DNA of 64,000 nucleotides from Veleropilina oligotropha (Eukaryota): NCBI GenBank assembly GCA_048128005.1, contig JBEUKZ010000097.1, positions 124,001 to 188,000 of the forward strand, read 5' to 3'. Shown piece by piece: positions 23,380 to 32,469 of this stretch (position 1 is its first letter; each line of letters starts with the position of its first letter). The notes under the pieces were generated by a model. It saw only the letters and a program-made list of their open reading frames with translations, ran no database searches and was not told where the DNA came from. The position numbers and the translations under genes were made by a program.

Positions 23380-24631
23380 GCCAGATGAACGCTAGGCCAA
23401 CGACAATGCCGCCCACGATAAGTGCGGTTTTCTCCTCGTCATGTGCCACAGCTACCGCTGGAACAGCTACAGCCAGCTCAGCGTTTGGATGCTTCAGAGT
23501 GACTACCGGTATGCTTGCATCTGCGTCTTGTGGAATAACCAATCCTGTTTCTCCAGTCTCCCCAGCGGCGTTGGGCGGCACACTGGCCGCATTCACCGTA
23601 GTATTAAGACCTAGGGTCTGGTCTTCCGTGGCGACGACGATCTCGTTGTTATAACCAGCCACCTGCCCGATCCGTAGAAGCATGTTACTTGGCGCCATGT
23701 ACAGGCCGACGCCGAATACGAAGTCGACCTTGGACCTGGCATACTGCAAAACGTCCTGGTACCGTTTGATGGCTGATGGGAGGTCCACTGGCGATGCGAT
23801 GGCGTCTTCGACGTCGGCCAGAAACTGTTTCTGTGCGTCAAATGCCATCCCACTCCCCAGAATACTTGCACGTGTCTGCGCCTGCGCTCCAAGAATCGCC
23901 CAGACGTAGGTCCTGATGGAGTCATTGAGCCTCTCCACGCCGGCCCTCGTGAATCCCGCCGACTTGTCCAGAATAAAGGAAGCCCAGCCGTTTGAAAGCG
24001 CAGGCGCTTGCGCGATGTAGTCCACGTGCAGATTCGTGTTGGTCGTACCTTTGGTGAAGGACATTCGGCTTGGATCATACTCACGTCCGATGGGGTGGTA
24101 GCCGTTGTTCGTCCAGTAGCTGTAAGCGGTGCCTAGTCCGCCGTTGGGACCCTTGACACGCCAGTCGGTATGTGGGGACACTCCGAATTCGCTGCAGATC
24201 TTTTCATATGCCCTTCGGTCATACGGGGTGTCGAATGCATCCCACGTCACGTCTTGAGGCAGCGGGGCCTGAATCTCGGTCAAGATCCTTCTGACCTGAT
24301 AGTATACGTGGAAGGTGAATACGGCAGTGGAGAGGGGGTCGGTCGCATTCAAGTGGTCTTCTGAGGAGATCCCGGAACCTGTTGTAGCACACCAGACTGC
24401 GAAATTGACCTTGTTCTGCCAGAACTGCATCGGCGTGGTCTGCCAAGCCCGTATTACCCGATCACTCGCGACATGTGGGAGGCGATACTTTTGAAATACG
24501 TCGGGATAGTCTGCCCCGAATGCAGTGGTTGAGCTATTACCCACATTGATGCTTGGTCTCGTAAGCTGCTCATCTTTGATCTGTGCTGGGTACACCACAC
24601 CGCTCGGATAGGCAAAGGCGCTCTTAGCCAT
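23372..24631 (-). CDS. Viral protein with C-terminal TM anchor (419 aa)
   Basis: Intact long ORF ending TALIVGGIVVGLAFIWLT. Confidence 0.8.
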   Translation of the reverse strand: MAKSAFAYPSGVVYPAQIKDEQLTRPSINVGNSSTTAFGADYPDVFQKYRLPHVASDRVIRAWQTTPMQFWQNKVNFAVWCATTGSGISSEDHLNATDPLSTAVFTFHVYYQVRRILTEIQAPLPQDVTWDAFDTPYDRRAYEKICSEFGVSPHTDWRVKGPNGGLGTAYSYWTNNGYHPIGREYDPSRMSFTKGTTNTNLHVDYIAQAPALSNGWASFILDKSAGFTRAGVERLNDSIRTYVWAILGAQAQTRASILGSGMAFDAQKQFLADVEDAIASPVDLPSAIKRYQDVLQYARSKVDFVFGVGLYMAPSNMLLRIGQVAGYNNEIVVATEDQTLGLNTTVNAASVPPNAAGETGETGLVIPQDADASIPVVTLKHPNAELAVAVPAVAVAHDEEKTALIVGGIVVGLAFIWLT

Positions 24632-24638
24632 AGCTACT

Positions 24639-25373
24639 ATGTTCCATACATTAACGAGTGTTCAAGATGGGACCGCGGTTGCCCTCCTTCAACCGATTGA
24701 TAACCGGGAGGGCAAGCTATGTGTCAGCTTGCAGTCGCTCGACTATTGGGTCGGCTGGCACAACGTGCACGCCGGAGCCTTCTTTAAGACCCCCGATACC
24801 ACGGTCGAGGTGCCACCAGGTTTCTACAGCTTCGATGACCTCGCCAAGACGATGAAGAGGTCGCTAAAGAACATACAGCTAGACGTAAGCCATGCTACAG
24901 GGCTCGCCCGAATCGTGGTCCCAGAGGGGACCCGACTCGCGATAAGCGACGATATCAGGAAACTCCTAGGCTTAGACCTTTCTTCGTTCATTCTCGATAA
25001 ATCGGGGAATCTGAACCCACCCATTGGAGTATGGGGCCGACCTCCCCCTCCGGAGAGATCCGAGTGGCTACGCCCTGGGACTTATGACGGGAACAAGCCT
25101 GTCGGGTTTGCCATAGCGCCGACCCTACACGTTCACTTGGATCAGCTCAGTACAACCCACAATGTGAAGGATGGCGCCCCGAGCAATGTTCTCACGGTGG
25201 TCCCTATAACGTCGCAGATGTTCGGTGAGGCAGGCCACTATCAGAGCTACCCCGCCGGCCGGCGACTACAGGCCGGGTCACTCACCGAATTGAAGGTGTA
25301 TGTCACAGACGCAGATGGTAACCTGATCGACAATCACGGCATGCCCATTACCGCAGTCCTTGCGATACAATGA
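24639..25373 (+). CDS. Minor capsid (penton, single jelly roll) candidate (244 aa)
   Basis: VPPGFYSFDDL, LLGL, VLTVVPI and LKVYVTDADGNLIDNHG resemble Polinton-type pentons. Confidence 0.75.
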   Translation: MFHTLTSVQDGTAVALLQPIDNREGKLCVSLQSLDYWVGWHNVHAGAFFKTPDTTVEVPPGFYSFDDLAKTMKRSLKNIQLDVSHATGLARIVVPEGTRLAISDDIRKLLGLDLSSFILDKSGNLNPPIGVWGRPPPPERSEWLRPGTYDGNKPVGFAIAPTLHVHLDQLSTTHNVKDGAPSNVLTVVPITSQMFGEAGHYQSYPAGRRLQAGSLTELKVYVTDADGNLIDNHGMPITAVLAIQ

Positions 25374-25740
25374 GCGCCAGCATCTATGGGACCCTCCCCC
25401 CCTCCCCCTGCTTGCAGATGAGCCCTCTTCCCCAACCTGGTGGCACTTCGTTCTTAATTGTGGTGAAGCGCCCAAGAAGGGGCTGGCGAAGAGGGAGTTC
25501 ATGATCCCAAACGCTGGAGGTCGGTTTGGGTTAAACCCAGCCCTCCTAATGATCCACCTGACGCCGGTCCAGCCCGCCGGGGGCCCCAAAGCATGTTCCA
25601 TAAGTAAGCTTGGCCTGAATTCGGACAGGTTGACCCTCGTGTTCATCATCAAGGCCCCGTGGGTGGGGACCATGTATTTGAACGTAACGGTAGACATGGG
25701 GAATCAACAGGCTGAACAATACAGCCACGTAGTATTGTGA
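25370..25740 (+). pseudogene. Small viral protein, probably frameshifted in the C-tract 25392-25408
   Basis: ATG at 25370 overlaps the penton stop (ATGA) and reads MSASIYG, but the long open frame is -1; ends in a TGATG overlap with the next gene. Confidence 0.5.
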
Positions 25741-26372
25741 TGGACAGCAAGCCATCCGCGCCAACGCTGTACCCACAGCTTGATGGCGATGTGCTTTCGG
25801 AAGTTCCGGAGGCACAGTCTTTCCGACTGCAAAAAGTGAATGAGCTTCAGGGACAGTTAGAACGAGAACGAGACACAAGAGCTGCACTATATAAAAAATA
25901 CCGCCGAGGCGTTAACGTCGTTGATGGGATCGATTCGGCCCTGGTCGTGGCGACCCTCGGTATGGGTAGCGCTGGAATTGGTCTACTTTCCACAATCGTT
26001 GCCGCACCAGTGGTCCTAGTGCTGGAATTAGCGGCGTTAGGGTGTGGGCTCGCTAGTATGGGTGGAAAATACATTAGCCGATGCCTCGGGGTGAAGGCGA
26101 AAAAACACGACGAGATCCGAGTACTGGCCGAGAGCAAACTGAATACCATAACCGACCACGTCTCAAAGGCCTTAGCGGACGGGGTGATGTCTGATGATGA
26201 ATTCCAAATGGTCACAGGGGAGATGGAAAAGTATCTGACATTGAAAGCCGCCCTGCGTCTCAAAAGTCTAAAGGCGCACACCGCGATTTCACAGACCCAG
26301 AGCGAGTTTATTGAGCGTGGTCGTTTAGAGGGTCGCGCAGAGCTGCTGAAAAAAATCGGGGCTGGCGACTAA
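25740..26372 (+). CDS. Membrane protein with N-terminal late-domain motifs (210 aa)
   Basis: PSAP and LYPQL in the first 14 aa; coiled coil; hydrophobic hairpin SALVVATLGMGSAGIGLLSTIVAAPVVLVLELAALGCGLA. Confidence 0.85.
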   Translation: MDSKPSAPTLYPQLDGDVLSEVPEAQSFRLQKVNELQGQLERERDTRAALYKKYRRGVNVVDGIDSALVVATLGMGSAGIGLLSTIVAAPVVLVLELAALGCGLASMGGKYISRCLGVKAKKHDEIRVLAESKLNTITDHVSKALADGVMSDDEFQMVTGEMEKYLTLKAALRLKSLKAHTAISQTQSEFIERGRLEGRAELLKKIGAGD

Positions 26373-26454
26373 CTATCCAGGTTGAGCGTAGCCACAACTA
26401 CCCCCCTCCTCCCCCGTATTAAAGCTAGAAATCGACAGTGATATCTGGACAACC

Positions 26455-26877
26455 ATGAAATCCATGCTACTTCTGTGCATTGCCGCGGTGTGCTGGCTAG
26501 GGGGTGTCTCTACCCAGGCGTCGAGACACGACACTGCATTAATTCTCGAACATACGTGGGCTAGGTACCGAAATCATCCCAGGTGTAACGCCCGATTTGA
26601 CCCCTTGCGTAGAAACTTGCTTCTTCGCCCGGGAGACCCCACCCCTGATGTCGCCCCACCGTCATGTCACTACTATGTTATCGGGGAGAATGACTGTCGC
26701 CCTGCCACACCCCCAGATACTGTCACATGTGTCCAGTGTTCGACCCCCTCCCTATGTCCTGGCAAAAATGGGGAGTATTATACCATGCTGTCTGGCTGCT
26801 TCGGTGCGTGGAGAAAAATCGGACATCACTCACCCTGTAATTGCACTTTAACATCGGGCAACTATATATTCATATAA
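26455..26877 (+). CDS. Secreted cysteine-rich protein (140 aa)
   Basis: ACCATG context; signal peptide MKSMLLLCIAAVCWLGGVST; 9 Cys in the mature part including CVQC and CNC. Confidence 0.75.
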   Translation: MKSMLLLCIAAVCWLGGVSTQASRHDTALILEHTWARYRNHPRCNARFDPLRRNLLLRPGDPTPDVAPPSCHYYVIGENDCRPATPPDTVTCVQCSTPSLCPGKNGEYYTMLSGCFGAWRKIGHHSPCNCTLTSGNYIFI

Positions 26878-27559
26878 ACAGCTGCGACCTTCTACATTTT
26901 TCAGGTCGATCCATTGTCCGATTTATGAATGAAATACCTCGCAGTGCATGTATCAATGGCCGGCCGGCTGTCTATGGTTGACTCTACAATCCAGCCTATT
27001 CATAGCGTTTCGCTTCGCGTATCTCGGGGATTCCCCCTGCCCGCAATGACTTCAAACCATGAAACAATAGACGCCTAATAGCCTAATGGGTTTCTCAGCG
27101 GGTATGAATGAATCGCTTCGCCTTTAGAAATACCTGGCTATGCCATGTCTTTACAAATATCTCGTCGCGCCTATTGTTCCATTGTTACTCTCGCTCACAA
27201 GCAGCTAGGCTGACCCCGTTAAAAATCGATTCTGTCGAACGCATTTCTGGTAGCACAGAAGTTGCAAGCTGTCGGATGCGTATTTAGCTGTTGGTGACCC
27301 AGAAAAAAAAGATTTCGGTCCAGAAACATTTTTCACTGGGTCACCAAAAGCTTCGACGTAAACATGGTTACAGTTTTCGAGCTGACATGACACTTTTTGA
27401 GCAGATCTAGCAATAACAATTCTCGAGAATGAGATCACTAGGTCAGCCTGCGCTATGAATAGTCGACCTTCAAGAAACAGACAGCCAGGCAGTAACAAAG
27501 AGTTCTCGACACTGATACAAACATACACCAGGGCCGGATTGGGTAGTGGGTCGCTGTGT

Positions 27560-27745
27560 ACACGGTAACTTTTTGTAATACACGATATACCCTGGGGTCT
27601 GAAAGGGTGCTGGGAGCCTCCACGGCGGCCGCCCCGCCCCTAGTCTGAACTCCCTAGTTCCCCCCAGTACAACCCCTCAGTTCTGAAATAGTGCTGGGAG
27701 CCGTATTTTCCCATTCTAAAAAGTCCAATCACCCCCCCTGCTGCT
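27560..27745 (-). repeat. Right TIR (186 bp)
   Basis: Reverse complement of the left TIR. Confidence 0.97.
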
Positions 27746-27804
27746 GCTATTAATATATATATTTATATTTTTACAGATTATTCATCCAAAACAAACGGAC
27801 AACC

Positions 27805-30539
27805 ATGCCTCGCAAAGGGTTGAGCGTAGAGGTAACAGAAAAGCTTATAGAATTAGTACGCGATAACAGTTGTATATATGATGTGAAGTGCGTTGATTAT
27901 CGAGATGCACAAAAGATCCACAACGTCTGGGAGAGTATAGCGAGGGCGATGGAACAGGAACACATGAAAGGTAGCGACCTACATTTTATTACTTTAGTAT
28001 TGGCGTATTAGATGCACAGATTTTATGGATGGTATTTAACAATGTTTATATGTAAATATAAATAACATTATACATATGTAAATGAAACTGTGTTATCAAA
28101 ATATAACACATCCCGAATTAATAAAACGCATTCATTATGATCAGTGGATGAGACTGGTTAACTCTATCAGATACATATGTTATGGCAATTGAGAAATATG
28201 TTGATTCATTGGCCCTTGTTTATACTGTAAAAACTAGTATTGATTTTATATGCCAAGTTTAATAGATGGTGTAAAAAGATACAATTGCATGATATTTAAA
28301 AAAAAATGTATTATGTATATAAATATCATTCATAATTTTTTCCTCTAAATCTACAGGTGAAGAATGGAAAAAGAAGTGACGTAACTTACGTGACATGTAC
28401 ATCAAGAAGAAGAAGGAGACACGATAAAAAAAAAGCGGACAGGCAGCAGAAAAGGCCAGAAGGTGGCAGTTTCTGGATATGATGTCCTTCTTGGACGAAT
28501 ATTCAGAAGAAAATTGGTACAATTCTTGATTATTACACATGATTATATTGTAAATAGAACCATATCTTATCCTGTTTTGGCACATGGAAGTATGGTATGG
28601 TGCTAATAAATGTCCATATTTGTAGCACGGTAACCAACGTCCCACCTGTCGAGTCCAGTGATCAAGAGTTAGATGCAAGTGTAGGATCCGAGGACGATGA
28701 GACACACAGCATTGTTACTGTCAGGCAAGTACTGAAAACATCAAAATACTCCTCTCTGGACATGTGCTTCTTGCCATGATACAGGAGCGACATTCACAAA
28801 GTACTCTTTAAATACATTGCGTATTGCGACCGCATCTACTTTAGCTCTGTTACCAGTTCTGGTAATATTCTGAAGACCCACACTGGCATTTCCTTCTGCT
28901 TCTTGCAACAAAGTTGTGATTTGTGCTGCATTTGTCTGCGATTGTAACATATTGTGAAGGACACAGGTTGCTTTCACGATGTTGTTTACCGTATCTGGTT
29001 TCACTGCTAGCTTGGAGTGGTACACTCTCCACCGCGCTGACAAGACACCAAATGCATTTTCCACTATTCGGCGTGCCCTGGATAGCCTGTAATTATATGT
29101 CTGTTGGTCTTGTGGGCAATGTTTTCCTGGGAATGGTCTCATTAGATGTTGCTGCAATGGAAAAGCTCCATCACCAATGACAACATATGGCATTGGGCCC
29201 AAATGTCCTCCTTGTGGGAGTGGTGCATCTTCAGGAAAGTTTAGTGTATTTCTAGTTATAGCCTTTCCAAGATGTGAATTAGCAAAAATACCTGCGTCGC
29301 TATTGCGCCCGAAAGATCCTACATCAACAGCAATGAATTTCAAATTAGCATCAACCAGAGCTAAGAGAATAGTGGAGAATGTACCTTTGTAGTTATAGTA
29401 CAAAGATCCAGAGTTCCAGGGCGCTTTCATGACAACATGCTTCCCATCGATCGCTCCTAAGCAATTTGGGAAATGCCACTTTTCCCAAAAGTCATCAGCA
29501 ATTGTTTGCCACTCAGCACTGGTTGTTGGAACCTTCATGTGCGTTGGTGACAGTCGTTCCCACAGCACTTGACAAACTGCAGATACAATATTTCCAATTG
29601 TGCTTGCTCCAACTCGATAACTGAATGCCAAAGATCGGAACGATTCACCACTTGCCAGAAATCTACAAACCAGTAAATAATAGACACAAATTACTTAATC
29701 ATGTTAATTAGAAAAGTAGTATTGCTAAACCTGAAAATAAAATTAATGGTTTGATATTTTCATTTATTTGTGAAAATGTTGTATTTTTCAGATCTGGCAT
29801 GGCCTCCCCTTCTGAAAACAGCACGATACCTTCAACTTCAACTACTCCAACCGCAGAAATTCAGAAAATCACCCGGTCCAAAAAACGACGCACTGATTCA
29901 ATGGAGAAAAGCAGTAGCTTTGAACATTCTTTAACAGAATTCATGAAGGGGAGCATCAGAAACAGACAAGAACTTGAAAAAAAAAAGCTGGGACCACCAC
30001 CTGTTGATAAGGAGCCAGAGGATCTCTTCTTTGAGAGTTGTGCCTTACGCATGCGAAAAATGTCCTCTGAAACTAAATCATACCTGCAATTGCAAATTTC
30101 AACTCTATATGTTAATGCTGAAAATCAGGATAAGCCAGCCCTACCGATTACACCGTTGCCACAAAAGTCTACTTTGCAACAAAATATATATTATCAGCCA
30201 ACTGCTCATGCTCCGGCAACATATCATTGTCCTCCCACACAACAACAATCTACTCTGGCAACATACCAGTGTCCCCCGCCACCACAACAGTCCACTCCAG
30301 CAACATATCAGTGTCCCCCGCCACCACAACAGTCCACTCCAGCAACATCTCAATGTACACCCCCACCACCGCAATCCACTCCGGCAACATATCAGTGTCC
30401 CCCACCACCACAACAGTACACTCCAGCACCAAATCAGTGTCTTCCGCCATCACAACAACCCTCTCCAAAAACTACTTCGGAAAGTGAGACAGGTGACATA
30501 ATTGCAGCTGCCATGTATTATGCAGACTCCATGTTATAG
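27805..30539 (+). pseudogene. Harbinger accessory MADF-BESS gene; exons 27805-27970, 28357-28516, 28626-28724, 29792-30539 (390 aa); two premature stops
   Basis: LIELVRDNSCIYD...WESIA, WKKK*RNLRD, WQFLDMMSFL; BESS-like EDLFFESCALRMRKMS; splice phases consistent; stops TGA 28377 and TAA 28425. Confidence 0.85.
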
Positions 30540-31324
30540 TGGCATATGTATCTATATTATATTATAGAATATCTATATGACTATATTTGTCATAAAATGA
30601 TAAGAATAGAATCATAACCGCATTTATACTACTATAATATGACTCAATCATACGGAGTCCATTATTAATTTTGTAAGCAACTTGTTGACATAAACCAATT
30701 GAAATGTATGTAATTAGTTATCAAAAGTAAAGACATTACTTTGCAAATGTGTATCTCTTTGTTTCTTATTATGGTGATTCCATTAACTCATTTGTGTGAT
30801 ATTTTATGTGAAGGGGGAGTGAACGGGGACCTGCATATATTTTACCCCTCAATTAACTCAAGATGTTAATTAATTGTGACCCCGTATTTTACATCGATAT
30901 ATTATATTTGTGTGATGCCACCACCTTTATTAATGAAATAGCCCTTATCTAATTATTATTTTCTCATTCAAATAACTTACCTAAGGCAAATGGCAAGCCG
31001 TTGTCTTGGACATATAACTTCCCGGAATCTACTGTCCTTAACCAAGTCAGGCCCAACAAGGAATAGCACCTGAGCAAACTGCTCCCTGGTCAGTCTCATG
31101 TATTGCTGAAATTTTTGTCCGTTTGCGTGTAGCTCGTGTAAAAGGTTGTGGTACGTGCCCTTTTGCAGTCTATTTCGTATTATGTCATGGACCCACCACC
31201 TATGTCTCCTCCTTTTCTTCTTTTTACTTTGAAGAAGTTTGTAACCTAACAAGGCGATAGCTAGTTCTTCTTCCAAAAGTAAATGGTGCTGCAGTAATAT
31301 TGATGTTGTCATGATGCTGTCCAT
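28741..31324 (-). CDS. Harbinger DDE transposase; exons 31324-30981 and 29662-28741 (421 aa), apparently intact
   Basis: RWWVH, QRLAICLR|FLASGESFRSL, GAIDGKH, IGDGAF, RRIVENAFG; GTAAGT donor and TAG acceptor in matching phase. Confidence 0.92.
30205..30460 (+). repeat. Coding 42-bp tandem repeat (QQSTPATYQCPPPP)
   Basis: About six units in the last MADF-BESS exon. Confidence 0.9.
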
Positions 31325-32469
31325 CGGCGAAAAGACTTTAATAACGCATACCCAAACGTAACGCAGCATAAACGCACTTGTAGCCGCAGCTCCAAACGTT
31401 GCCGTTACCGTTACCGCAGAGGTGGAATCCTAGCTTTAACGCGACATTATTTCTGAACCGGTTTAGATCTAAACCGACTCAGATGTGAATCGGCTTACAT
31501 TTTGTCGTGTTATAACGGGTATTAGAGACCGGCGTCAATTGGTGGCCCGGCTACTATTAGAAGCTTTACGGTATGCTACCTTACTGTTTGGTACATGAAA
31601 TAAAGATCCATATATGTTATTGTCAAGTATAAAGCTATTGTACTTGACGAGCAGAAACTATGCAACTGTGCTCCAACTAGGTCAATTGGAAATGAATGGA
31701 TCTAATTGATCTAACTGTTGAATCCATGGGGACTAGCAACAGGTGAACCTCGGTCAGTCCAGGCTCACGGGGCGGTCCGGTGTATATACGTTTGTTAAGC
31801 CAATACAACTACGTACCCATCACGTGTATCTTATCGCAAGCTGCATTTGCCTTGAGTAGAAATTTGGGGTCGTATAAAGGAAAATAACCCAGTCGCCTGG
31901 GTTAAATGTTATGTCAGAAATGTCATTTTTCGTATCCAGCCGGCCGGCAAATATACCCCTGAAACATGATTTCATAGTAATTAATGTACCGTTTAAAAAA
32001 AACCGTGTTTCTTTTACAATTACCTAGAATATCGTAGTTGATGCATGGTGTTTATCGACGAATCCCGGAAACAGTTTAATATGGATAAAAGCGCATTTCA
32101 GTGACGACGTCCCATTCACGGCAATGCATAGACAACGTGGTAGCCATCCACAATGGCCGAACGAACTGCATTGTGGGTCTAATCGCTAAACCCTCTATTA
32201 AAGAATGGACTAAATTAGAGTGAATTTATTTTGTTCTAAATTTAAACTAGCCGAAATCGACAGTTACCGATATATATATCTTCATCCATTATGTCTTTGT
32301 GATTTCAACCGAGGTAGAATTAACGGTCCCAAATTAACATTATAACTTTAAGACCTGCTTTAGTGTACGTTAGGCTACACGACCTCCATACACGACAGCC
32401 AGGCAATAATATTGCGTTATATTATTGCGAGGGAACGCAATAATATTTTTTTATTTCCTGACACTTTAG

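Larger units (their letters stand above)
12702..27745. mobile_element. Nest level 5: full-length endogenous Polinton/Maverick-like dsDNA virus
   Basis: TIRs, AG...CT termini, TSD GCTAT (12697-12701, 27746-27750); PolB-like, rve integrase, A32-like ATPase and capsid candidates; intronless, dense, GC-richer than flanks. Confidence 0.95.
12386..31435. mobile_element. Nest level 4: PIF/Harbinger transposon (~4.0 kb without the viral insert)
   Basis: TIR AG(G/C)TAGGATTCCACCTCTGCGGTAACGGTAACGGCAACG at both ends; flanked by TTAA (exact TSD length ambiguous); encodes DDE transposase and MADF-BESS genes. Confidence 0.92.

Noticed and set aside
27205..27528. 107-aa minus-strand ORF near the right TIR
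   Set aside because: No motifs and a non-ATG start; overlaps the stem-rich region
12702..27745. Bacterial prophage or contaminant
   Set aside because: Clean TSD inside an intron-containing eukaryotic transposon, rve integrase and eukaryotic sorting motifs
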